14,951 nucleotides of DNA from Ginkgo biloba (lineage: Eukaryota > Plantae > Ginkgophyta), in assembly GCA_024626585.2 (NCBI GenBank), contig JANKJI020000002.1, positions 253,291,185 to 253,306,135 on the forward strand, in the 5' to 3' direction. The notes beneath the pieces were generated by a model, which was given only the letters and a program-made list of their open reading frames with translations, was not told where the DNA came from and searched no databases. The position numbers and the translations under genes were made by a program. Of the stretch, positions 1-10,710 are shown in pieces. The number at the start of each line of letters is the position of its first letter. Within the stretch, counting starts at the first letter, position 1.

Positions 1-747
1 AAAGTGAATATAACCTAACCACATCTTGAGTTAATTTACTTTCAATCCCTCTAAAGTAAGACATTGTATCTTGTACTCTATGTGTAGCAACTCGAAATTT
101 CTTCTTGTGCATGGTGCATTGATCTTTTTTCCTTCCATCCTAGGTTATTTCCCCATGAACAAATGCTTTGATGATGCTTGTAAACAAATGCATGGATAGT
201 TGAAGAGTGATATTATACTTTGTCTTGATATAGCCAAGTGAACTCATAGAGAGTACCGTCGTTTGCTTAGATATAAGAAACGCCACTTCTTACCCCTAAG
301 GAGGATGAAGCTTATTCTATCTCTTAAGGAAACTCCAAAGCAATTTGGAAAACACTTCAAAAAACCATTCTATTAAGTCTTTGATTCCAATGTTTGGTAC
401 ATGCATACCTCCACTCTTTACTATGTTATGAACTGGCAAGAAAATTTAATATTTGCATTGTCCTACTTTCTATCACTTTTGCATGCATAACAGCATCAAA
501 ATGCCATCTACAAACGTCAAACCAATAAAGCCAAGGATTTAAAGGGTTTCAACTACATGTTCCTAAGCATGTTGTAAATTATATGCTTTGGATTCTCCCC
601 TTCTTGTACTTGTCACATAAGACATCCCATGTTTAAGTCAAATGATGCCCCTAACGTAGGGAACTATTAGACCATTGTGTCAGGCCACACTTTGGCCATG
701 TTGTACTCTGCTATGTAGAATACTCACCTATGAAAGCTTGCAAACAA

Positions 748-1345
748 TAGGGGCCTTAGAGATCAAAGTCAAACAAGTTTTCACCATGGCTTCTAGATCT
801 TAGAGCAATTATTTTGAGGAAGATAGGCAATGGTGTTTGAAGATATATAATTGTTTTATATACTTTTGTAAGGCTTTTGACACACTTCCTTAACATTTTC
901 TCATGGAGAGATTGCATGGTCATGGTATTCAATAGTGATTATTTCAATTGCGATGGTATTATATGATTGTGATTTGTCAAGTTTGTACCTCATAAGGATT
1001 ATCCACATGCATCTTAAATACTCTTGGAGTTAATCACCTATATATCATAGTTTTTAGATAGTGAGGGCCTTTGAGATAATGGGTAAGTAGGTTTTCACTA
1101 AGGTTGTTGGACCTTGGATCTAGAGCTATTATTGAGGAGGCTAGGCAATGACATCCAAAGGTCTATTATTGTTCTGTAGGGTTTTTTAAGCTCTGACACA
1201 GTTCCTCAACATTCTTTAATGGAGAGATTACATAGAGTCGTAGACATGATTATTTTAGTTTTGATGACATTATTTAAGTGTGTGAATAGTTGGGTTAGTA
1301 CCTCATAAGGGTTCTAGAGACATCATTAGTAATATTGGGGTTAAG
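748..1345 (+). repeat. Diverged tandem duplication (~313 bp period) within the LINE RT
   Basis: Copy A ~748-1033, copy B ~1060-1345. Shared blocks: gggcctt.gagat; tagagc.att(att)..gagga; taggcaatg; tgacaca.ttcct.aacatt; atggagagatt.cat; gtacctcataagg. Both copies encode the RAIIEE...KAFD segment. Confidence 0.85.
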
Positions 1346-1438
1346 TGGGGATGTTCTCTCTCACCCCCATTGAGTAGCATTTGGTTGAGTCTATAAAGGG
1401 AGAAGGTGGGTGTTTCCTTCATGATGTTCTAATTGCCA

Positions 1439-1795
1439 TCATTTTGTTTGTAAATTATNNNNNNNNNNNNNNNNNNNNNNNNNNNNNNNNNNNNNNNNNN
1501 NNNNNNNNNNNNNNNNNNNNNNNNNNNNNNNNNNNNNNNNNNNNNNNNNNNNNNNNNNAATATTTTTTTTTTTTTTTTCTATAGAACCAATTCCACATCT
1601 CATTTAACAAAACTTTTAACACAAATGGTATTCCCAAGCATATCACAATTTCATCAAGGCCACTTCCATCCAAACAAATTAAACCAGTTAGGGGGGGATT
1701 TCTCCCACCTACTAGTTGTGGCTTTTTTCCATCCAATTTTAGAACTAGAAGCTAAGTAGTATATATTCAACCTATTCATTTTGTTTGTAAATTAT
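1439..1795. repeat. 20-bp target-site duplication TCATTTTGTTTGTAAATTAT (1439-1458 and 1776-1795)
   Basis: Exact direct repeat. Removing one copy plus the insert restores CFLHDVLIAIILFVNYAIL of the host RT. Confidence 0.85.
1459..1775 (-). mobile_element. Short L1-type retrocopy (start of RNase H domain) with poly(A) tail, inserted into the older LINE
   Basis: T16 run at 1563-1578 (poly-A on the minus strand). The minus strand reads RWEKSPPNWF / LDGSG ... LLNEMWNWF, like the plant L1 WxxPPxxWxKLNxDGS...IRxxxGxW. Flanked by a perfect 20-bp direct repeat. A 100-N gap lies between the tail and the left repeat. Confidence 0.7.
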
Positions 1796-2449
1796 GCCAT
1801 CCTCCCTTCTCTAGTCGTGAAGGATTCTTATGATAGTTGGATCCCTAGATCACTTTGTGATAGTAGATGGTTGAAGGTAAATTTTAGTAAAACCAAAGTT
1901 ACGGCCTTCAATGTATTGAATGATCCCACATCTTGTCTCTAGTTTGCTTTTAGAGGTTGGGCAATTGATACTGTTTTATCCTACACTCGTTTAGGTGTAC
2001 AATCCTCAGAGTCCATCATTACAACCTTGATTATATAAAAAGTATGCCTCCCTTCCACTTTTTGAGAAGCAACATTTTTGACTTTGTTTCCAGTATATCG
2101 CTACCAAACTATAGTTTTTTTATGGCATATTGAGGGTTGCCATTATTTATGGGTCAAAGGGGCTTAGCTTATTATTGTTAGATTGGGCATAGATTGAGAA
2201 TTTGAGAGTCTTCAAATGGTTGTGTTTACAAATCATTTTGGGGCAAGCAAACAATTGTTTAGGCAAAGTTTAGTACACATCCACTTGTTTTGGAGACTTT
2301 TTAGGACTACTTATTTGCACATGATCTGAGGTATGGTCAATACTTGTTTTGGGAGAGGTAATGCTTGTACCCAATCCTTTGTTAATAGCAAGCGCTAGTT
2401 GTAACGAGCCTACAAGCGATAGACATGGCTAGTATAGTGAGGTTACTAC

Positions 2450-3229
2450 TTTATTGTAGATAGTTGTGATATCAAAGATTAGTTAGCGCCTACCAAATTC
2501 TTTCCCGATTGTCTCAATCTCCGTAAATCAAGATGGAGATTACGATCTGCTATATCCCCACATTTCATGGATCTCTGTGTAAATGTCTCAATGCTAAGTT
2601 GCCATTTTCCTTTGAGCACGTCCTTGGTATTTTTATGGTATTATTGATCTTATAGGGTATCTATGACTTTATTTGTTATGCGTTTGAGATTTCCTATTCA
2701 ATAGTTTAGAGTATGTTCACATTAGCTTGGGGTGGAAGTTGATCACCATATTATCTGCTAGTTATGTCCGTTGTAGGTATTAACAAAGGAGCACATCATT
2801 TTTTTGTGTCTTGTCTATTATGAGATTGGAGGCATAGACGGATTTATTTTAGATAGTTGCAATATCAAAGATTAGTAGGCGCCTACTAGATTCTCTTCTC
2901 ATTCCTCCCCAATCGTAAAATATCTAGAAGGAGATTGTGATCTTGCACTTAATGGATCTCTCCTTGTAAGCCTCTCAATTCTAAAATGTCATTTTACTTT
3001 GAGCACTTCCTTGGTGGTATTATTGATCTTATAGGGTACTTACACCTTTATTTGTTGCACGGTTGATATTTCCTATTTAACAGCTTATAGTATGTTCACA
3101 CTAGCTTTGGGTGGAAGTTTATCCCCATATTCTTTGAGATTAGCTTATCTGCCAATTATGTTCATTGGAGGTACCAACAAAGGAGCATGTCATTTTTGAC
3201 ATCTGGTCTATTATGAGGCCAGAGGCATA
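2450..3229 (+). repeat. Tandem duplication (~393 bp period) of the LINE ORF2 C-terminal region
   Basis: Copy A ~2450-2837, copy B ~2843-3229. Shared blocks: tagatagttg..atatcaaagattagt; atggatctct; tttgagcac.tccttggt; gtattattgatcttatagggta; agtatgttcaca.tagctt.gggtggaagtt; aacaaaggagca; gtctattatgag. Confidence 0.92.
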
Positions 3230-3345
3230 CATTATTTCTTTTTTGGAGATGCAAGAGGATCTCTTATTACCTTCGTCTTGTATGAGGACCATAGCTATAT
3301 GACTCTTTTCATCAGAGAACTCTTTCTCCACAGGCATTAGCTCTT
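2700..3345 (+). pseudogene. LINE ORF2 C-terminal Cys/His motif (two copies) and ORF end
   Basis: FRVCSH*LGVEV (2705-2740) and LIVCSH*LWVEV (from 3084), then ICQLC (3147), EHVIF (3183), YYEARG (3209). This matches the LRxSSHxLxIE...CxxC...ExEH...C..Y..IR pattern. Confidence 0.75.
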
Positions 3346-3699
3346 AGGTGAGGGAGCACAAAGAACATCTATGACATAACTTATTACATCAAACTTTTGG
3401 CCAATGGCATAAAATGTGGGACAAAGCATTTATGATTTTATACAAGACATCGTGAACTGTTTAGAGACTTGAGCTAGTCATCGTCGTAGGATCTTTTAGG
3501 AGACTTCTCACCAGTGTTTTGACANNNNNNNNNNNNNNCATAACGCTTTCTGAGATAAGGGGCAATAGACTTATCACCAGCTTCTTCAAGAGTTTTGAGG
3601 GAGATTTAGACTTGGATGTTAGGAGAGGCACTATTAGAGCCATAGATGGGGGATTCATGCACACTGTAAATGAATCACAATTAGGCATCAATCCATAGA

Positions 3700-3718
3700 T
3701 GGTCCTTTGCTGTTGGAT
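3700..3718 (+). other. Possible degenerate primer-binding site (tRNA-Tyr-like)
   Basis: TGGTCCtttgCTGttGGAT lies just upstream of gag and resembles TGGTCCGACCTGCCGGAT, the complement of the plant tRNA-Tyr 3' end. Several mismatches. Confidence 0.3.
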
Positions 3719-3764
3719 GATTCTACAACAACGAATGTTATTAGAGAGGCTTTGGGTGATTTAT

Positions 3765-4735
3765 TTTAGTGGGAGATGGCACATAAAACACGAGTTCTAT
3801 TTTGATTGCCTCTCATGACAAGTGATGCTGTAAAGTATGTCAAATTTGTCATGACATTGAGAGGAGTTGCACAAGATTGGTATAGAAAAAGCAAATGAGC
3901 AGAATCAATGTTAGAGTTGACAAGAAGTAGAGAAGGTATACGGTGAGTTGTATGCATGTTTGGAACAGTCGCATGAACGTTCCATGGGCTGAAAAATTGA
4001 CATTGAATCAGTGAAGGATTATGATATAAGATTGAAAAGCTTGGTATGCAAATTCCTATACAATTCTCTAAAGTTTAAAAAAAAGAAGACTGGTTCATTT
4101 CTGGTCTTACACCTGCAATTATAGCTCAAATGAAGCAAAGGGATCCTTGAATTTATTAAGTGCTTTATATTAAATGATTCAAATGGAAGTAGATGTTGAA
4201 TAGATGAAGATAGATGCACTCGAAAACAGAAAAGTTGTCAAAAACAAGCAGAGAATTACAAGAAAAGATGCAAAAGATGTCAAATAAGGGAGAAGAGATT
4301 TATGGCCTCAAATGTAATGGGCATCTTTACAAGAATGAATATCAAGAGGATGATTTTAGAATGGCATATCACTAAGAGGAAGAAAAAGCCTAAAAAAAAT
4401 CAGGTGACGATTAGAAGACCCAGAAAAAAAGGCTTAATCAAAGTATTGTTTTACACATAACAGATGGGGACATAGTCAAAATAGTTGCAGAGAATATTTT
4501 AGGAGTAGGTGTAGATTCTATAACAAGAACAGCATGAACAAAAATCAAGATGGGAAGGTGCCTCCAATCAAGCTAAAGTGGAGAATAAGCTTGAGCAACT
4601 GCTCAGAACATCAGAATTCTACAATTCTACAGATGTGGAGGATGGGTTCGTATGGCAAGGACGTGAATATACCCAATACAGGAGCCACAATTTGTTATTT
4701 GTGTGGGCCAAGAGATCATGACACAAAGACTCCTA
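3765..4735 (+). pseudogene. gag: Retrotransposon Gag (capsid plus several CCHC-like zinc knuckles), disrupted
   Basis: TSDAVKYVKFVMTLRGVAQDWY (3818-3883), ESVKDYDIRLKSLVCKF (4005-4055) and KEDWFISGLTPAI (4082-4120) follow the Retrotrans_gag pattern. Knuckle relics: YCFTHNRWGHSQNSC (4444-4488), QFYRCGGWVRMART (4622-4663), ICYLCGPRDHDT (~4690-4725). Confidence 0.82.
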
Positions 4736-5402
4736 AAGTTCTATTAGCGAAAGTGTATAAATATGATGAGAGGTTAACCAACTCCTAAGTCAACAAGAAC
4801 AAGGATGTGACCTTGAGAATCCACAAGGCTTTTAGACACAGAGACAAGGGCTTAGAAAAAATAACTAACCAATGAGGAGCTATAATGCTTAAAAAACAAA
4901 ACAAAAGATAAAGTAAAGGTGGAGGATGATTATCTGTGTTCCAAAAGGTAGGAGTACATGAAGATGTCAAAAGTAACTATATAGAAAATACACAATGAAG
5001 AGTAGGATAAAAGGTACAAGTCTGCAAAGATAAACAATCCACAGGGGTCCATGGTAGAAGAAAGAGAGAATTCACCAAAACACACAATGATAGTAGTTTC
5101 AACAGGAAGAAAATCTGAAAAAGTGAAGACTGACAAAAAGCTAGAAAAGAAATGTTCAGTCATAGAAAGTTGTGACACTTAACATGGGATGCTGTGTGGA
5201 CCAAATAAAGAAGACTTGAATAGATTCATAATGTTACTAAAAATTGTGATGAATAAGTTCCCGAAAAGGATATAGACTTTCCAATAGTAGTAATCATTGG
5301 GTGGCCATTGAAGTAATCATAAGGTCAGAAGGTCAGAGGATTCAAAGAAAACTCTAACACACTGATATACTAACACTAAAAATTGAGAAAATCTTGAAGT
5401 AA

Positions 5403-5790
5403 ATTGAAGGTAGGAGTATGAAGTGGGCGGTGAATTATTGCCATAAAAGCCCCATATAAGGAGTTGGGCTTGGTTGTTTTTGCTACACAAGCCCCCCGAG
5501 AAAGAAAAGCTCTGATAGAGAAAATCTGGGTACTAAGTGGTCACGTAAGCCTGAAAACAACAAAATGGGTCAACCTAGGAGTCCAAGTCAAAACAACTCA
5601 ACAAAATAACCTAGTGTTAGAACATTGGAAATGAGGGTGAGAATATTCCACCAAAGATTCTGAATCAGTATCGTAATAGCAAGGGATGAGTCTCAAGTTT
5701 CAATACATATTATACTAAGATGGGTCACCAATACTAAAGAAAAATGATCAAAGTATGGAATGCCAGATAATGGTTAAAAGGGCACAAAAG
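5403..5790 (+). pseudogene. Retropepsin-like aspartic protease remnant
   Basis: IEGRS...AVN / LLP / YKELGLVVFATQAP (5403-5497) across frameshifts resembles IDGGSxVNLLPxxxYxxLGL...AP. It sits in the expected position after gag. Confidence 0.45.
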
Positions 5791-6289
5791 GTATTTTGTT
5801 TTGAAGGCCTGACAATAGCAGAACTAGAAAGAGGTAAGTGAAAAATTTGCCCAAGGCATGGGCTCCAATACTAAAAAGATCAATATAGAAGCAGAAGAGT
5901 AGATAGCTTGGAAGGAAGGCTCTGCAGTACTGAAATGAAGAGCGAGGGTAGGAAGAAAATGAAAGGGAAAAGAAGTTACTGACACTCTGTTGGTCCAAAA
6001 GAGAAGGCAGAATGTTTTGAAAGGAAGAAGCAATTTATAACCAGAAATTTTAGAATGGGGAAAGGAAAATAAATCATGATAAAGTCCTCAATGTGTTGTT
6101 TTTGAAAATGGAAAAGCCAAAGTGGGGTTGACTAAAGGAAATGTATTATAAGTGGAAAGTGGTGGAACATTGAAAGAAAACTATAGGCAGAAAGAAATTG
6201 CCAACATCCAACACTTCATAGAAGAACCCAAGGAAAATGTTATAAGATTAAAATGCTTGGAGAAAAGTGTTGACTGCTTTATATAATGA

Positions 6290-6405
6290 CATAAGCACAT
6301 CATACAAATAGATCAACAGCCCAGATGGAAGCATATATTAATGGTTGAGATTTCAAACTCATGGAACAAGTATTAACAAACATTGTAAATGTTAGATGTG
6401 GGTGG
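6290..6405 (+). pseudogene. Possible N-terminal lead-in of gypsy RT, truncated
   Basis: HIIQIDQQP... LMEQVLTNI / MLDVG resembles HxIxL..P...EQVKxEIxKMLxxGxI. No downstream RT core was recognised. Confidence 0.3.
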
Positions 6406-6789
6406 ACATTGTAAACATTGTAAGCATTAACAAGCCTTGATGATAATTTTAGTGGCTAATATGTGCTATTTGGGTATTGTCCTCCCAGAACTTCCTGAAA
6501 ATATTAGCTAATTAAAGATGAAGACTCACCAAAATCTCTTCAGACTGAAAGTAATGTTTCTAGAACATTGCCAAGTTTTGACTAGAAATACATAAAAAAG
6601 TGCAAAGAACTTGATTTTTTTTTCTTATGGATACTTTTCTTTAAAATTTCCATATGTCAAATTTTTAGGGTAAATAGGTTTACCAAATTTTTATACCATC
6701 TACGGATTTTTAACTTACATGTGGTTCAATCAAATCAAACCAAAATATGAATAGGTTGGCGACATTAAGTCACAATGTGCCAAAAGTAA

Positions 6790-7340
6790 TGCATGCATTA
6801 TCTTCATTATGAAGACTTAAAGCAATTTGAGAATTAACTACAATTACAGAGCAGAAATTGAAGATTAGAGAAATTGGTAGTGCAAATCTTGTGAGGAATT
6901 GGACCTCAAATGTTTTTGTTGTAGAGCACTTTTAAGTTTTAAATCAATTATGGCAAACAAGATGGAAAAGTTTACATAAGAATATTGCAGATCTCACCCA
7001 TGGATACAATTCTAGATCAGAGCTGGTGTAGAAATTCATGGAGGTAAAAATGACAAGGAAAGAATGAGAGAACATGTTAATGGTGGTAGATAGCAGTCTG
7101 CATTCTTTTGGAGCATTACCGTCTATCACATTGAGTTAATCAAACAGCTGATTATAGTAGAAGACGATAATAGGATTGCATATCAGGATATGCTTATGTA
7201 TATTTCTGCACTAGCTTTTAGTCAAACATGTGGTTTACAGTAGTCACAAGGTTCAGCAATGTTTTAAGATAAAAATTAATATTTGGACAGTTTTTACGGT
7301 GGGTTTGAACTATTCGTAGAAACCACCTTTATTTTAAAGA
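6790..7340 (+). pseudogene. Decayed ORF of unknown function (candidate extra ORF, segment 1)
   Basis: Protein-like stretches INYGKQDGKVYIRILQISPMDTILDQ and QLIIVEDDNRIAYQDMLMYISALAFS follow an AT-rich spacer at 6550-6750. No family was recognised with certainty. Confidence 0.3.
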
Positions 7341-7626
7341 AATGCGATATTTAGGTTAAATCTAATCTATGTTAGAACATTACATAACATAAGAATATGA
7401 AGCATCAAGGGAANNNNNNNNNNNNNNNNNNNNNNNNNNNNNNNNNNNNNNNNNNNNNNNNNNNNNNNNNNNNNNNNNNNNNNNNNNNNNNNNNNNNNNN
7501 NNNNNNNNNNNNNNNNNNNNNNNNNNNNNNNNNNNNNNNNNNNNNNNNNNNNNNNNNNNNNNNNNNNNNNNNNNNNNNNNNNNNNNNNNNNNNNNNNNNN
7601 NNNNNNNNNNNNNNNNNNNNNNNNNN

Positions 7627-8670
7627 ATACCTAATCAGGACCAAGACATTAACGTGGCAAAAGAAAGAAGATGGTACAGCCGTACGAGTGATCATCCCAA
7701 GGAGGTGCAAGATATTGCAGAAGAGGCTGCTGGATTAGATCTGAGTTTTTTTGATGTATGGGTTATACTTGGGGGACATTATTGACAAACAATATTGAAA
7801 TGATGCAATACAGCTAGCGAAAGCGATATCTCATGTACAAGCAAAGTTTTTGCCCAACAGATGGTTAAGGATCTAGAGAGAAATTGTCATAGGGGAAGCA
7901 ATTGATTTCAATTTGCAGAATATATGGCTAAGATCTTGTCTCAAGCTGTACAAACGTCTAGATTGACAGGAGGAAAGTTCAGCATGGAATTGATTTTAAT
8001 GGGAATTGCTTTAAGTAAGAAGAGAGTGGATGTTGCTTTGTTGATAAAGATTGGCAAGAACATTGCATAGATCTTTTCATATGACTTTTTTTAACCCTCT
8101 AGAACATATCCAGCAGCACAAGTTTGATACCGAATTTTTTTTGGACAGTCTGGTAGTCCTATTCAGGGTATTAACAAGCAAATTGATGCAAAGAATTCTT
8201 GAGGATATTAGAAAAAGGTGAACAGGTTTAGGAGACTGGTTCAAAAGAAAACAATACAAGGTCACTAGGGTTTATGGGTGCAAACGCTGTTCTGAAGTTG
8301 TTCAAACATATAAATTTTGGAATCATGTACTCTGAGGTTTGCTGACAGGTGGCCAACGTGAATAAAGATTATGACAAGAATAAGAAGAAAGCACAATTTG
8401 TTATCCCCGTTACGTTTCCAAATGGGATGATAATCAGAAAAGGGTAATTTTATCAAGTTATTGACAATTGGAAGGGAAAATGATCTATGGCTTAAAAAAT
8501 AGAATAAGTTTGTGGTAAAATCTACGACCCTTGGAGAAAAATTGAAATGAAATTGATATCCACTAATGAGAGAGCAGTCAACGGGGCTGATAGCTACAAG
8601 AAAGTAATACATCTATGAGGGAATCCTTGTGATAAATACAGCAAATAAAGAGTCAATACATCAATATGAG
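7627..8670 (+). pseudogene. Decayed extra ORF, segment 2
   Basis: HPKEVQDIAEEAAGLDLSFFDVW; AKILSQAVQTSRLTGGKFSMELILMGIALSKKRVDVALLIKIGKNIA; YPAAQV*YRIF. Purine-rich + strand. Confidence 0.45.
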
Positions 8671-9149
8671 TGTAAGGGCCCCCCACTTAGAGGGGTGTGT
8701 CTACCTTCATCACTTCAAAATTTGATATCTGGGGGGATGTCAGAAAGGCCTCTTCCACCACTGCCTGTCTACTGTTGTCGGAACAAAGAGGTGGTGGAAC
8801 AAATTGGAGGCTATCCACCATTACCAAATGAGCCAAGACATGTCTGATGAAAGCCTCCGCTACCTACTCATTAGTGACCGTCAGTCTGGTCATATCTGTC
8901 TGTGTATAGTTTGGATGGATTGTTGCTCTCCAGTGCTATCCCAGTCTAAAGCACTCCTAGCATCAAAGGCTGAGCCCCCATCTGATCCCTTTTATGCCAA
9001 AGAAACTTAAGCCATCTTCTCCTAGTCTGAGCCTGACTCTCCTGTCCATGGAAGGATGTGTTCTGGTGGACTGCAGAATTCTGCTAGGGCATCTTCGAAT
9101 GATTTGCGGTGGAGGCTGATGTTAATGTATTGTTTTAGGCGGCAAGGGG
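8671..9149 (-). mobile_element. Probable solo LTR or LTR-like insertion (other end hidden in gap 9150-9217)
   Basis: Abrupt switch to GC- and pyrimidine-richer sequence starting TGTAAGGGCCCCCC at 8671. On the minus strand this ends ...GGGGGGCCCTTACA, a typical LTR terminus. The sequence before the gap ends AAGGGG, compatible with the start of an inverted terminus. Purine-rich host sequence resumes after the gap. The TSD cannot be verified. Confidence 0.5.
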
Positions 9150-9217
9150 NNNNNNNNNNNNNNNNNNNNNNNNNNNNNNNNNNNNNNNNNNNNNNNNNNN
9201 NNNNNNNNNNNNNNNNN

Positions 9218-10113
9218 GCCTAAGTTTGAGAATAAAATAGAAAGAACCAAGAACAGGATCAATTGCAAGATGTGAGGGATGCACTAAGTACTTTTTAAGC
9301 ATCAAATATACTGAATTGGGATTCATACCACTACACTGAAAAAGAAATAAGGCAACAGCAAGAGGAAGATGCAATCCAGTGAATTAATGGAGACATGCTT
9401 GGAAGAAGAAGAGCAATTGAAACTACAGAAGGAAAANNNNNNNNNNNNGGCATCCAGGAGATTTTAATGGCACTCATTCTGGACCTCACAGTAATGATAG
9501 AAGGGAAGCCAAAAGTCCTATAGATGTAAGGAGAGTGATTCCAGCAGTGAAAAGACTTCTTCAAAAATTGATGACAGGGGAGGCTAGGAAGGTCACAAAG
9601 TCTCATCCTACTGGTGTTGTTGATAAGATGAATCCAAGGCAATAAAAAATGTTTATCAAGAAAATGTACTAACTATAAATCTGTGGATGTACCAACAGAA
9701 AGGTGNNNNNNNNNNNNNNNNNNNNNNNNNNNNNNNNNNNNNNNNNNNNNNNNNNNNNNNNNNNNNNNNNNNNNNNNNNNNNNNNNNNNNNNATGAAGAG
9801 AGTGATGGAGCAGCTGACAGAGATGGAGGAATGAAAAGCAAGAGAATGGATGCAAAGGAGAGGAAGCAGTAGAAATGGTAATAAATTTCCTGTGAGGCAA
9901 ATGAACAATAAAATTTGCAGTTGGAAACTACAAGAACAATGAAAGAGGAAGCCAAAGTGGATATTGATGTTTTCTGAAAAAGGGAAAACTATTGCTACCA
10001 ATCCCAAACTAGGTTCTTAAAGAAGAAGCAAGAGGAGATGCTTGTTGAAAATTTTGATGTTTAAACATTAGAATTGGGTATGAAATATATCAACAAGAAA
10101 TCAATGCAAGATA
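9218..10113 (+). pseudogene. Decayed extra ORF, segment 3 (charged, low complexity)
   Basis: E/K/D-rich translation (e.g. EESDGAADRDGGMKSKRMDAKERKQ). It ends YEIYQQEINAR at the L1 target site. Confidence 0.5.
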
Positions 10114-10499
10114 TTGGGCAGTAGGAAGGGGTGTTAGTGTGCATTTATGGGACCACACATGGTGGAGAGGGCTCATCCTCTCACATAAGACGAAATATCT
10201 GAATCTCAGACACACCTTTATGCAGCGCAATGCCATAATGACAGCTGGCTTTATGGAAAGTACTCATGCGGATGGCTATAAGGAATGGCAATGGAAAGAG
10301 GTGTTACATTGAACATTCCTCTCAGATGCTATGAAAAACACACATAACAACTGCTCAGTGAATTGTAGGGAGTTTATATATCAGTGTCAGGGGTTGAAGA
10401 TCCACTTGTTTAGAAATTTGGTTTCAGAGTGGGATAGTACAAGGTGAAATGGGGAGGTGAACTACAAAATCACGAACCAGTTGAAGCTAACAGAACAAA

Positions 10500-10710
10500 T
10501 AAGGTATTGGAAATGCATTTGGTTACCTCTGGTGAATCCCAGGGTAGCATGTTTTTTCTGGTTACTTCTACATAAAAAAATATTGGCCTTTGATAACTTG
10601 ATGAGGAAAGGATTTTTGGACCATCGATCTGCATGCTTTGTTGTAAGGAAGAGGAGTCAGTTGACTACCTTTTCTTTCATTTTGAATTCACGAGAGAAGT
10701 ATGGCCTATA
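10500..10710 (+). pseudogene. zf-RVT (zinc-binding region of plant L1 ORF2), frameshifted
   Basis: YWKCIWLPLVNPRVACFFWLLLHKKILAFDNLMRKGF, then a frameshift to GPSICMLCCKEEESVDYLFFHFEFTREVW. Confidence 0.92.

Larger units (their letters stand above)
623..2000 (+). pseudogene. Non-LTR reverse transcriptase domain, disrupted
   Basis: Ordered non-LTR RT motifs as listed for the element. The catalytic FADD has decayed to FVNY. Confidence 0.88.
1..3523 (+). mobile_element. Degenerate non-LTR retrotransposon (LINE), RTE-group/RTEX-like; 3' part of ORF2 plus probable 3' UTR; 5' end lies outside the window
   Basis: Colinear RT motifs by manual translation: HPMFKSNDAPNVGNY*TIVSGHTLAMLY (from 623; cf. 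PIxKxGD..NYRxI), KIYNCFIYFCKAFDTLP (840-890; cf. CFVDFxKAFDxV), SNIGVKWGCSLSP (1328-1366; cf. GVKQGCPLSP), IILFVNYAIL (cf. LLFADDxxL, split by an insertion), LKVNFSKTKV (1871-1900), YTRLGV (1982-1999; cf. YxYLG). Many stops and frameshifts. The clade call and the 3' boundary are less certain than the LINE call. Confidence 0.85.

Noticed and set aside
3539-3697. 5' LTR matching the candidate 3' LTR at 13591
   Set aside because: No alignable similarity was found by eye beyond a short TGTTAGG, so an LTR pair cannot be supported.
6378-6430. Short ACATTGTAA repeats
   Set aside because: Small local slippage repeats with no evident structure or function.
6980-7020. IADLTHGYNSR as the gypsy RT DLxxGYHQ motif
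   Set aside because: No flanking RT motifs (DYRxLN, MPFGL, YxDD) occur at the expected spacing.
8731-8742. GGGGGGA-TGTCA as PPT plus start of the 3' LTR of the gypsy element
   Set aside because: It lies inside the compositionally distinct insert starting at 8671, and host coding-like sequence resumes after 9218.
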